Positions 49,201-59,422 of a stretch of 64,000 nucleotides of DNA are shown here, piece after piece (within the stretch, counting starts at the first letter, position 1; the number at the start of each line of letters is the position of its first letter). The notes under the pieces are model-generated. The model ran no database searches, was not told where the DNA came from, and worked only from the letters and a program-made list of their open reading frames with translations. The translations under genes were made by a program, and so were the position numbers. Source of the stretch: an uncultured delta proteobacterium (GTDB lineage Bacteria; Desulfobacterota; Desulfobacteria; Desulfobacterales; UBA2156); contig CAVTQK010000013.1 of NCBI GenBank assembly GCA_963736855.1, forward strand, positions 1 through 64,000. Reading direction: 5' to 3'.

Positions 49201-50350
49201 ATGAAGAATGTTTTAGAAAGAGTTGGGGGGGGCATCTCCTTACCCTCCATTCGATAGCGAAAGGGTTCTTGCAGCAAGGGTGCGAAGTCATCCTGCTATG
49301 CCGGGACACCGAAAGGCTCAGGGTGTTTTTTCGGAGATAGGTGTCGCCGTTGAACCGATCTCCCCCTTGGCCGCCCCGCGATACAGGTTTTTCCCTGAAT
49401 TATGCACAGAATCTGTGGCGAAACGGCTACCGAGACGCCGAAAGTTCAGCGCCCATTTCACGTGGTGGTCGGACAGATTCAGGGCCCTGAAGCCCGATTT
49501 CGTTCTCACGGATTACGCCCCCACCGCCCTCGTATCCGCTTTATCCCTCGGCATCCCGAGGGGCGCAACCGGCACAGGATTTACTCTTCCCCCCATGACC
49601 ACTCCAATGCCATGCCTGCATCCATGGCTCGAATCCCCTAGTGAGGCGCTTTCCGAGGCCAAGGACATGGTTCTCGATACGATCGGACGCCATGTGCCTT
49701 CCCTGCACTCTGTGGCCGGCATTTTTGAGGGGGCCGCACGGTTTTCGTGGTATTTCCCGAAATGGACCATTTTGAGATCCGGACCTCGGAAAAATATTTC
49801 GGACCTGTTTTTGGATCGGCATCTTACCTGAATTCACTTGGCCTGAAGATTCGGGACACCGGGTTTTTCTTTATCTCAGCGCAGCCAACCGCTGTCTCGG
49901 TGATGTGATGAACCATATCAGGAGACTCGAGCTTCCCTTGATCGGGCACATCAAGGATCTTCCCAATCCGATCGAAAGGCCATGGAATCGCCAACACTCA
50001 GACTGAGCGGTACCCTCATGAACCTGGACCGAGCAGCCGCTGAATGCAACATCGCGGTAACGCAGGGGGGCCTTCACACGAGCGCCGAATGCTCCTTTCC
50101 GGAGCCCGCCTCTTGATCTGCCCAGAGCAGCTCGAGCAGACGCTTCTTGCCTATCGGTTGAAGCAGAGGGGGCTCTGTGAATTCGTGAGTTTTTTCAGCG
50201 AGGCAAACACAGTAAAGGATAGATTCGAAACTGTAGCGTATTCAGCGGAACTTGGAAAAACCGCGGTGGCATTTTGCATCAAAATACGCCGAATATAATT
50301 CAGTGGATACGGTCAGAGAGATTGTCCGGACATGTCTCAATGTAATGTAA
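49201..50350 (+). pseudogene. GT-B-type glycosyltransferase-like gene, multiply frameshifted
   Basis: ELGGG.H start motif, KPDFVLTDYAPTAL, GTGFTLPP, PEQLEQ. Confidence 0.55.
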
Positions 50351-50359
50351 TACCCAACA

Positions 50360-51381
50360 TCAAAGAAAGGATAAGCCCGGACTGTCTGACGGTTTATCCA
50401 GCGGAGGCGAGGCTTGACGTATCCAGCCGGTGCCAGCTTGACTGCCCGCTCTGTCCCGTCGCTTCAGAAGAAATGGACGACCTTTTGTAGGCCGCGGCAT
50501 CATGCCTTTCGCTGACTTTGCTGAATTCATTGACAGTAACCCACAGATTCGAATCATCGAGCTGGGAAACTCGGGCGAGGTCTTTCTGAATCCCGATCTG
50601 CTCTGCCATTCTGGGATACGCCAGGGAAAAAGGTGTGGCAATCCGTATCGCAGAGGGCGCCAATTTGAATGACGCCTCCGATGAAGCCCTGGAGGCCCTT
50701 GTCCGATATGGCGTCATGATTTTGAGAGTGGCTTTAGATGGGGCCACCCAGGAGACTTACCGGATATACCGTGTTGGCGGAGAGCTTAAAAAGGTGCTGA
50801 GAAACGTGGAGAAGATAAACGCGTATAAAAGGGAGTATGGAAGCAAACTGCCGCGCCTTATCCTTCAATTCATCCCCTTCCCGCACAATGAGCATGAAAT
50901 AAAAAAGATCGCGGTCCTGGCCCGGGCATTGGACATGGAGATTGATTTCAAGATCAACGTATTCCATGGATATTCCCCTTTGCAGAATGATGGGGAACTC
51001 ACCAAATGGCTCGACTATTCAGATAAGGCTTCCTATCTGGAAAAAACCGGTAAAATATACATGAGGGACATCTGCCTTCAACTCTGGAGATCCCCCCAGA
51101 TCAACTGGGACGGAAGGCTTCTCGGATGCAGTGGCAATAAAACCGTCTCCTATGCCGAATATGCCCTCGGCGATGCATTTGCAAGGGAGATCAACAACGG
51201 GCATATCCAGTATGCCAGAAAGATGCTCATGGGAATCGCGCCTCAGCGTGACGACATTCCCTGCTCTGTCTGTGATTCATATGCGGACTACCGGAAATAC
51301 GACCAATGGTTCACGGTTGAGGAGATCAGGGCTGCCATGGAACGCTGGCGAAAGCAGGTGCCTGAAAATTATGAACACTGA
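50360..51381 (+). CDS. Radical SAM protein with C-terminal twitch/SPASM-like domain, paralog 1 (5' frameshifts; start uncertain)
   Basis: RLDVSSRCQLDCPLCP near 50410-50457; CLQLWRSPQINWDGRLLGC; IPCSVC. Confidence 0.8.
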
Positions 51382-52366
51382 TCTTCTTACGATCAATCCG
51401 GTTAAGGTCCGGCTCGATATATCCACTATATGTCAGCTCAAATGTCTCCTTTGCCCGACGGAAGAAAAAAACGGCCGGGCCTTTCTTAAGAGCGGGACGA
51501 TGGCTTATTCCGAATTTACCTGCTTCCTTGAACATAATCCGCAAATCGAAATGGTCGAGCTGGCCAGTGCCGGTGAGGCCTTGCTCAACCCTGACCTGCC
51601 GGAGATATTGAAAAGCGCATCCGAACGGGGAGTCGCAACGAGCCTCGGAGGCGGGGTCAACATGAACGACGCATCTGATGAGGCCCTCGAGGCCCTCGTC
51701 AGGTACAAGACGACCCGTATCCGGGTGTCTGTTGACGGCGTCACCGAGAAGACCTATCGGAAATATCGCGTCGGCGGAAGTCTTCACAAGGTATTGGCAA
51801 ACATTAAAAAGATCAATGAATTTAAGGAGAAGTATCAATCCGAATTTCCAGAGATTCTCCTCCAGTTCATCCTTTTCGGACACAATGAGCACGAGCTTGA
51901 AAGGGTCTTTGTTCTGGGCAGGATGCTGAAAATGAATATCTTCATCAAATTAAACCGATGTCCGGACCGACTTGCCGTCAGGGACAGGGAGAAAATCCGG
52001 AAGCTCTTGGGTTACGCAGACAGAACAGAATTTATTGAGTCGATGGGAATTCAATACTGCCGCGATCTCTGTCTCGGACTCTGGAAGGCCCCTCAGATAA
52101 ACTGGGATGGGAGACTTTTGGGATGTGGAAGCAACACAAGCATTGCCTTTGCCGAATATGTGCTTGACGGAGCATTTCTCAGAGAGATAAACAACGAGCG
52201 GATGCAGTACGCACGAAGGATGCTCCTGGGAGAAGCGCCTCCCCGGGATGATATTCCGTGCTCCGGTTGCGCCTTCTATAATCAGATTTCGGAACATGAC
52301 CTTTGGTACACTCCGGAAGAGATAAAGGCCGCAATATTAAAACACGCAGGATGCGAGGAATCGTGA
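51371..52366 (+). CDS. Radical SAM protein with C-terminal twitch/SPASM-like domain, paralog 2
   Basis: CQLKCLLC, GEALLNP, SVDG, CLGLWKAPQINWDGRLLGC, IPCSGC. Confidence 0.88.
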   Translation: MNTDLLTINPVKVRLDISTICQLKCLLCPTEEKNGRAFLKSGTMAYSEFTCFLEHNPQIEMVELASAGEALLNPDLPEILKSASERGVATSLGGGVNMNDASDEALEALVRYKTTRIRVSVDGVTEKTYRKYRVGGSLHKVLANIKKINEFKEKYQSEFPEILLQFILFGHNEHELERVFVLGRMLKMNIFIKLNRCPDRLAVRDREKIRKLLGYADRTEFIESMGIQYCRDLCLGLWKAPQINWDGRLLGCGSNTSIAFAEYVLDGAFLREINNERMQYARRMLLGEAPPRDDIPCSGCAFYNQISEHDLWYTPEEIKAAILKHAGCEES

Positions 52367-52384
52367 GGCCCTGAAAAAGGTATT

Positions 52385-54340
52385 TCATCCTCCCCTTTCC
52401 GGTCCGTCTGTTAACCCCGCGACAAAACGCCCCGCCATGACGCCCCTCAAAAGGAGCGACGCTGCCCTTTGGGAGGTCCGGGGGGTCACCGCGGCCTGGA
52501 GGTCCTTCCAAGTCCCTCGCAGCGCGTTTACATCCACATAGGCCGCAACCACCCGGTGGGAGGCCAGGGCGGCCAGATCATTTTCCATTTCATCCCGGCA
52601 ATCCAGAAGTCGGAAGGCTGCGTCAGCCGCCTGCCTGCCGCGGATGCTGTTTCCCCACACCTCCTCCGGGAGGACGCCCGCAAGGGATCGACGCAGAAGC
52701 ATCCGTTCCCCGCCGTTGCGGTTATGCTGATCGTCTGGGACGCCGAGGCAGAAGGTGATAAGCCGAACATCCGCTGTAGGATCAAGCACTTCCATCCGGA
52801 AGGCAGTGCCAAAATGGTGATGGATATACCCCCCCGGGGCGTTCAACTCGATGGTCTGTCGACGTTCCCATGTAGGGGTCCGGGGGCGTGTAAAGGACGA
52901 ATCGTGACTCTCGGCTTCCATGATCTCCCGCAGCCCTATGCGCCTCGCAAAGTCCGGATGGATCGCACTATATTGCCTCCACGGCGGTTCCATGGGGCGC
53001 ATTAATCGTCGTCTCCAGTACCATAATTGGCCAAGGAGGGGACTCAGCAGATGCCTGCAAATAGCCCCGTACCATGAAAAGCCCTCTCTTTCCTTCAAGG
53101 CGCGAAGAGCCCGTAACCCTTCGTCCCAGCGACCCTGAACCAGAAGAAAGAATATCCGGTGCCGCCCACCGCTCCAGGAAACCCCGCCGTTTCCCATCTG
53201 CCCCGTCAGGAGAACCCCGAGCCCCTTCCGTTGAGCCTCGTCATGTATTGCCTGAATCCAGTACAGGTTAACCGCCGCATGGAGGGGATGACCGCATATG
53301 CGAAGACCGTCATGGATTGCCCTAAGAGGGGAGATGCGCTCGGCACGGACCGAGACATGTTCGATATTGTTATACTTTTTCGCCACGGTGTGGGCCAGGG
53401 ACCACTCGTCTGCCAGGGCGCCGGGAACCAGATGCGCCGCCTGATAGAGGGGAACGGATGTAAAGGCCGAGAGGGTTCGATCCTCGCTTTGAAGGGCCTC
53501 CGCAGCAAGGGCAGTGACGGAACTCGAATCGAGACCTGCGCTTAGCTGGGATCCGACAGGGCGGTTGGCTCTGAGGCGCACGCGGACGGCCCGCCGGAAA
53601 TGGTCGAGAAAGCCGTCGAGGTACTCTTCATCGGAGGCGAGACGGACGGCCGGGGCATCCTCCATGCGCCAGTATTTGCTTAGTTCCAGGGCCTGAGGTG
53701 TCACCGCCAGTTGATGGGCAGGCAAAAGCAGACGCACGTCTTCCCAGAAGGTGTGGGCCCGCTCAGCTTTCTCACCGGGGAAGATGGCGAGATAGCGGGC
53801 GAGCCGCCATTCGTCCAGGCTCCCAGAGAACCCCGGCAGGGCCAATATGGCTCGGGGGGTCGAGGCAAAGGCAAAAAAAGGGGGTTTGTGGCAATAAAAA
53901 AGCCCCGTATTGCCCAGATGATCCCGGGCAATGAAGAGGCGCCGCTCCCGCCCATTCCAGGCGGCAAAGGACCAGTCGCCGAACAGGTGCTCCGGAGAGT
54001 CTTCCCGCCAGCGGAGAAAGGCCAGAGCGACGAGGCGGCCATCGGCGACGGTGGGCCGCTCGGGCGTAGGGATGTGGAAAAGGCCGCAGAGTTCCTCCCT
54101 ATTATCGAGCCGGGTGGCAGCGGTGATGAGAATCCCCGAATCGAGGTCCTCCCAGGGCATCCTTTCATAACTGGCTTCCGGCGTGGCGGAGAGGTGGGTA
54201 TATCCCAGCATGGCGGACTTCCTGATCACGTTAACGACACCGTTAGGTCCCCAACTTGCCATAGCTTTCGTCATGGCCTGCACATACTCCGAGGGTACCG
54301 GCTTGCCGTCGAGACAAATCAATCCAAAAATGCCGCTCAT
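52385..54340 (-). CDS. Asparagine synthetase-like protein (lasso cyclase-like)
   Basis: MSGIFG (no N-terminal catalytic Cys), RLDNR, GDWSFA, ARDHLG, LSAGLDSS PP-loop, LLTGQMG. Confidence 0.85.
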   Translation of the reverse strand: MSGIFGLICLDGKPVPSEYVQAMTKAMASWGPNGVVNVIRKSAMLGYTHLSATPEASYERMPWEDLDSGILITAATRLDNREELCGLFHIPTPERPTVADGRLVALAFLRWREDSPEHLFGDWSFAAWNGRERRLFIARDHLGNTGLFYCHKPPFFAFASTPRAILALPGFSGSLDEWRLARYLAIFPGEKAERAHTFWEDVRLLLPAHQLAVTPQALELSKYWRMEDAPAVRLASDEEYLDGFLDHFRRAVRVRLRANRPVGSQLSAGLDSSSVTALAAEALQSEDRTLSAFTSVPLYQAAHLVPGALADEWSLAHTVAKKYNNIEHVSVRAERISPLRAIHDGLRICGHPLHAAVNLYWIQAIHDEAQRKGLGVLLTGQMGNGGVSWSGGRHRIFFLLVQGRWDEGLRALRALKEREGFSWYGAICRHLLSPLLGQLWYWRRRLMRPMEPPWRQYSAIHPDFARRIGLREIMEAESHDSSFTRPRTPTWERRQTIELNAPGGYIHHHFGTAFRMEVLDPTADVRLITFCLGVPDDQHNRNGGERMLLRRSLAGVLPEEVWGNSIRGRQAADAAFRLLDCRDEMENDLAALASHRVVAAYVDVNALRGTWKDLQAAVTPRTSQRAASLLLRGVMAGRFVAGLTDGPERGG

Positions 54341-54787
54341 AAAAATGCTCCCTATACTACACACTTTGCTTTAAATCTAGGCAATACTACATGCTGGAGT
54401 TCACGGCAACATTCTTCGAGGAAAATTTAGGAGGAAATGGTATCCAGTCCAAATCCAAAGGAGAGGCGCGTCCAAAAGGGGTTTTTCCCACTTCTTAAGT
54501 CTCCTTAAAGGCCTTTGCGAATCCCATGTAGAGAGGTAAATCAACATCGGTAGACTTCGAACCCCAGTAAAAAATGTAATAAAAATGAAAGTCCAAAGTT
54601 TCACGCATAATTTGTGTTAACTAGTTAATATCATTTAATAAACTATAACAGACCTGCTTAACGGCAATATAATATTACCGATTTTGCGCACTACCGATTT
54701 TAAAGAGTCGGTTGAGCAGGATCTCCCTTTTCTGACCCATCTTTTCTTGACTTACCGGGTCTGTTAGCTTAGAAAATAGATTTTTGC

Positions 54788-55333
54788 GTGGGAGTAATTG
54801 GGGGCAATGGTTTGACCATGGGCATATGTCGTTTTCACCATTTCCGGTTTTTTTGCGTACTGATCGCCTCTGTCTGGACTTGGGGGCCTTTATCGGCGCC
54901 ATCGGCCTTTGCCCAGAAAACGGTCAACCTTTATTTTATGGATCCTTCGGACACCCACCTGACTGCTGAAACACGTCAGATCCCCGAAATAGAAAGGATT
55001 GAACAGTCGGCCCGTGCCATCCTGGAGGCGCTCTTGACAGGCCCCCGACAAGGTCTTGTCCGCGCCATCCCTGAAGGCCTCTCGTTGCGGACACTCTTTT
55101 TGACCGAAGAAAAAATTGCCTATGTGGATTTTCAAAAGAACCCGGATTCCCACATGGAAAGAGGCGTTTTATCAGAATGGCTGGCTGTTTATTCCATTGT
55201 CAACTCCCTGGTTCTCAATATACCGGAAATCGAGTCGGTTCAAATCCTCATTGACGGCCATGAGGTGACAACCTTTTCAGGACATATCGATCTGACCGGT
55301 CCATTCAAAGCGAACATGCTGTTGGTCCGATGA
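54788..55333 (+). CDS. GerMN domain protein
   Basis: [38 protein letters not shown]. Confidence 0.85.
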   Translation: MGVIGGNGLTMGICRFHHFRFFCVLIASVWTWGPLSAPSAFAQKTVNLYFMDPSDTHLTAETRQIPEIERIEQSARAILEALLTGPRQGLVRAIPEGLSLRTLFLTEEKIAYVDFQKNPDSHMERGVLSEWLAVYSIVNSLVLNIPEIESVQILIDGHEVTTFSGHIDLTGPFKANMLLVR

Positions 55334-57372
55334 AAAAAACAAGCAACATTAGCCGAATCCGAAATATCGGGATCATCGCCCACATCGATGCAGGAAAGAC
55401 CACCGTCACCGAACGGATTCTCTTTTATACCGGTCGTTCCCACAAAATGGGGGAGGTCCACGACGGCGAGGCCATCATGGACTGGATGCCCGATGAGCAG
55501 GAGCGCGGGATCACCATCACCTCTGCTGTGACCACCTGCCAGTGGAAGGACGCCGACATCCATATCATCGATACGCCGGGACACGTCGATTTCACCATCG
55601 AGGTCGAGCGCTCCCTCAGGGTTTTAGACGGGGCGGTGGGTGTTTTCTGCGCCGTTGGAGGTGTTGAACCCCAGTCGGAGACAGTCTGGCGCCAGGCCGA
55701 TAAATACCGGGTCCCCAAAATCGCTTTTGTGAATAAGCTGGACAGGATCGGTGCGGATTTCTTCGGAACCGTCGAACAGATGAAGCAAAAACTGCACGCC
55801 GATCCCCTTGTCCTTCAGCTCCCCCTGGGTGTCGAGGAAAACTTCCGAGGTGTTATCGATCTTGTGCACATGAAACAGATCGTCTGGGACGACGACTCTT
55901 TAGGTGCGTCCTTTACCGCCGATGAAATATCGGACAACGACAAAGAATCGGCGCAACTTTACAGAGAAAACATGATAGAGAAGTTGGCCGAAATCGATGA
56001 CACCCTCATGGAAGCCTATTTATCGGATGCGCCCAGCGATTCCATTTCCACGGAACAGATTCTTTCCGCCATCCGGAAAGCGACGGTGAATCTGAAGCTT
56101 ACGCCGGTTTTATGCGGCAGCGCACTACGGAACAAAGGGATCCAGCCGCTGCTGGATGCCATCGTCTCCTTTCTCCCGAGTCCCATGGATATCCCGGCCG
56201 TCAAAGGGGTGCACCCGGAAACCGGAGAAACCGTTACGTTTCCTCCCGACGATAAAGCACCCTTAAGCGCCCTCATCTTCAAAGTCTCCATCATGGAGGG
56301 GAGAAAACTCTCCTTTGTCCGGGTCTACAGCGGAAAACTCGTCGCGGGACGGGAGATTTTCAACCCCGGGCGCCGCGTCAAGGAAAAGCCTGCGCGGATC
56401 CTGATGATGCATGCCAACAAGAAGGAACGGATCGAGGAGGCGGGAGCGGGAAACATCGTAGGCGTCGTGGGCCTGAAAGACTCGTCAACCGGGGAAACGC
56501 TGTGTACCTCGGAGCACCCGGTTCTTTTGGAAAGAATGGAATTTTATGAACCGGTGATTTCCGTGGCCGTGGAACCCAAAACCCATTCGGACCAGGAACG
56601 TCTCGACCAGATCCTCGATAAGTTCTTGACGGAGGATCCCACGTTGCGGGTTCATAAGGATGAAGAGACCGGGCAGACCCTTCTTTCCGGGATGGGGGAA
56701 CTCCATCTTGAAATCATCATCAGCCGGATGGAACGCGAGTTCAACACCCAGGTCAATGTGGGAAAACCCCAGGTCGTATATCGGGAGAGCATCGAATCTA
56801 TTATCGAAGGATCAGCCGTTTTTGATAAGGAATTCGGGGGGCAGCGCCATTTTGGTGAGGTTCGGCTCAAATTGAAACCCTTGCCCAGAGGTTCGGGGAA
56901 CCGTTTCATGGCAGATGTCTCTGAAGAGGCGATCCCCGCAATCTACATTCCGGTCATCGAAAAGGCGGTGATGGAATCGTTTCTCAGCGGCGTTCTGATG
57001 GGGTATCCGGTGGTCGACGTGGAAGCCATACTCATCGGAGGTTCCCAAAAAGAATCCTTGGGATCGGATCTGGCTTACACCGTCAGTGCTTCCATGGCCT
57101 GCAAGGAGGCCCTCTCAAGAGGCAATCCCTTCCTCCTGGAACCCATCATGTCTGTAGAGGTGCTTGTACCCGAAGGATTTACAGGAGATGTCATCGGAGA
57201 TTTAAACGCCAGGAACGGGAAAATTGAGGCCATTCGACCCAAGACCGGATACCAGGCCATCCGGGCCATCGTCCCGCTGGCGCACATGTTCGGCTATTCT
57301 ACGTCTCTGCGTTCAGCCACCCAGGGCCGAGGGACCTTCACCATGCATTTTTCTCATTTCGATCGATGCTGA
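55330..57372 (+). CDS. fusA: Elongation factor G (stand-alone copy outside the str operon)
   Basis: [43 protein letters not shown]. Confidence 0.95.
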   Translation: MKKTSNISRIRNIGIIAHIDAGKTTVTERILFYTGRSHKMGEVHDGEAIMDWMPDEQERGITITSAVTTCQWKDADIHIIDTPGHVDFTIEVERSLRVLDGAVGVFCAVGGVEPQSETVWRQADKYRVPKIAFVNKLDRIGADFFGTVEQMKQKLHADPLVLQLPLGVEENFRGVIDLVHMKQIVWDDDSLGASFTADEISDNDKESAQLYRENMIEKLAEIDDTLMEAYLSDAPSDSISTEQILSAIRKATVNLKLTPVLCGSALRNKGIQPLLDAIVSFLPSPMDIPAVKGVHPETGETVTFPPDDKAPLSALIFKVSIMEGRKLSFVRVYSGKLVAGREIFNPGRRVKEKPARILMMHANKKERIEEAGAGNIVGVVGLKDSSTGETLCTSEHPVLLERMEFYEPVISVAVEPKTHSDQERLDQILDKFLTEDPTLRVHKDEETGQTLLSGMGELHLEIIISRMEREFNTQVNVGKPQVVYRESIESIIEGSAVFDKEFGGQRHFGEVRLKLKPLPRGSGNRFMADVSEEAIPAIYIPVIEKAVMESFLSGVLMGYPVVDVEAILIGGSQKESLGSDLAYTVSASMACKEALSRGNPFLLEPIMSVEVLVPEGFTGDVIGDLNARNGKIEAIRPKTGYQAIRAIVPLAHMFGYSTSLRSATQGRGTFTMHFSHFDRC

Positions 57373-57466
57373 AACTCTCAGAGATCGCCTCCCTTTAAGC
57401 ATTGACAAACCCCTTTCTTCGCTTCCTCTGTAATTTTTATCAAAATCTTGAATCGCTACCCAAAAA

Positions 57467-57660
57467 TTGATGGCTTCGTAAAAAGCTTTTGCAAGCGAGA
57501 TTTGAGCATTTTCGGAAAAAGAGATGCGAACGGCTGAGCGTTAATAATTTCAAGCTGTTTGAGGCGCTTGCGCCGAGTTCTTGAAATTTAGAGAAGCCGT
57601 GAGCATCTCCAGAAAATGGTCACGAAGCGAGCAAAAATAGCTTTTTTACGATTTCATCAA
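57467..57660. repeat. MITE-like palindromic element, copy C (complete)
   Basis: TTGATGGCTTCGTAAAAAG ... CTTTTTTACGATTTCATCAA terminal inverted repeats with nested internal palindromes. Confidence 0.8.
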
Positions 57661-57802
57661 AATTAATCATCGACTCAACGGTTTTTATTAAACAGCCTTC
57701 TCGTCTTGATTCCAGAGAAATTTTTTGAGATTTAAAAGATGTAAGAAATTTTTACGGCAAAACTCAAAGAGAAATACCATTCAACTCGAAGGAGGTTAAA
57801 TC

Positions 57803-58171
57803 ATGGCTGAAAAGGAATTGGTTGTTATTGCATTGTCCTGCGGTACCAACGACACCAACCGGGCCACCCGGGCCATTCATCTGGCCACAATCGCCCACAA
57901 GGAAGGGAAAGATACCATTCTCTTTCTCCTGGATGAAGGGGTGTATCTGGCCAAAACCGGGATCATCACCCACGTGCGGGCGGCCACCGGCGATGTGGCC
58001 GATGACCTGTTGACCTATCTGCAAGCTCAGGAAGTACCGATTCTGGTATGCACGCCGTGCGCCAAAGCCCGGCAGATCAAACCGGAAGACCTGATCGAGG
58101 GAGCTCGGATGGCTTCCGCTGCGGAGTTCATCAACATGTCGTGTAAAGCCTGCGCGGTCATCAGTCTGTAG
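57803..58171 (+). CDS. DsrE family protein
   Basis: LFLLDEGV, LVCTPCAKAR. Confidence 0.85.
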   Translation: MAEKELVVIALSCGTNDTNRATRAIHLATIAHKEGKDTILFLLDEGVYLAKTGIITHVRAATGDVADDLLTYLQAQEVPILVCTPCAKARQIKPEDLIEGARMASAAEFINMSCKACAVISL

Positions 58172-58182
58172 AAAGGGATGTC

Positions 58183-59409
58183 ATGGCCGAAAAGCGCGTA
58201 TTGGTTATCGGAAGCGGGGTGGCCGGGCTTTCCGCAGCATTGGATCTGGCCGCAGCGGGCATCACAGTGGACATCGTGGAGCAATATGAATTTGCCGGCG
58301 GACAGGGCATCCGGCTTTCATGCAAAGCCACAAAAGCCTGTGTGAAATGTGGGGCCTGCATGGTTGATGATCGACTGGGGAAAGTTTTAAGACATCCACG
58401 CATCCGTTTGATGACCGGATCCAGCGTCGAGGCAGCCGACCGAAACGGCCGATTTGCTTTTCAAATCCGTCACAAACCCGAGTTCATCGATCCATTAAAA
58501 TGCAATTCTTGCGGCATCTGTCTAAAAGAATGCCCCGCCGAAGGGGCAATCATTCAAGGAACCTCGGGGCATCACCGGCCCTTTTATGCCATTTTCGAGA
58601 AAACCTGCCTTTATCTGAAAGATAAGAGCTGCACCGCGTGCCGGGATGCCTGCCCAACTCGTGCCATCAACCTGGACGCCGTGAGACAAACGGAATCGAT
58701 ACGGGCCGATGCCGTGATCCTCGCCGCAGGATTTTCGACCCATCGTCCATACGAAAAACCCTATGGATACGGTATATCTCCCAATGTGGTGACCAACCAG
58801 GAACTGGAGACGATCCTCAAACGCCATGGGAAGGTGCTCCGGCCCTCCGACTATACCGAACCCGCCCGTATGGCCTTCATCCAATGCGTGGGGAGCCGGG
58901 ACGCCAAACTGGGCCATCTATGGTGCTCGACTTATTGCTGCGGATCGGCGTTGCGCCTGGCCCGCCTCATCGGTCACCGTCAGCCTCAAATCCAAACGAC
59001 CCTTTTTTACATCGACATTCAGACCTTCGGAAGGACTTTTGAAACCTATTACACGGAAACGAAAGAAAAACTCCGGATGATCCGATCGATTCCCGGAGAC
59101 ATCTACCCGTCCGAAAACAAAGGGTTGAAAATAACCTATCTGGACCCTTTAACCGCCGATACGCTCCAGGAGGATTTCGATCTGATTGTCCTGTCGGTAG
59201 CCATGATACCGCCGGCAGGGTTGGCTGATCTTTTGAAAATGTTTCATCTGGACCGGATCGCCGACGGTTTTCTGTCACCTGGCGAAGATATGGAGCGGGA
59301 AGGGATTTTTGCCGCCGGGGCGGTCACCGGACCGATGCCGCTTGCCGAGGCCGCAGCCGGCGGCTCCAAAGCAGCCTGGCAGGCCATTTGCTATTTGAAA
59401 ACGGCATAA
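58183..59409 (+). CDS. Heterodisulfide reductase subunit A-like (HdrA/QmoA-like) flavo-Fe-S protein
   Basis: VIGSGVAG, ferredoxin insert, FIQCVGSRD..WCSTYCC, FYIDI. Confidence 0.88.
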   Translation: MAEKRVLVIGSGVAGLSAALDLAAAGITVDIVEQYEFAGGQGIRLSCKATKACVKCGACMVDDRLGKVLRHPRIRLMTGSSVEAADRNGRFAFQIRHKPEFIDPLKCNSCGICLKECPAEGAIIQGTSGHHRPFYAIFEKTCLYLKDKSCTACRDACPTRAINLDAVRQTESIRADAVILAAGFSTHRPYEKPYGYGISPNVVTNQELETILKRHGKVLRPSDYTEPARMAFIQCVGSRDAKLGHLWCSTYCCGSALRLARLIGHRQPQIQTTLFYIDIQTFGRTFETYYTETKEKLRMIRSIPGDIYPSENKGLKITYLDPLTADTLQEDFDLIVLSVAMIPPAGLADLLKMFHLDRIADGFLSPGEDMEREGIFAAGAVTGPMPLAEAAAGGSKAAWQAICYLKTA

Positions 59410-59422
59410 GGATCACAAACCC

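Noticed and set aside
55330..57372. fusA outside the ribosomal operon as a novelty
   Set aside because: Extra EF-G copies are common and the GTPase motifs are canonical
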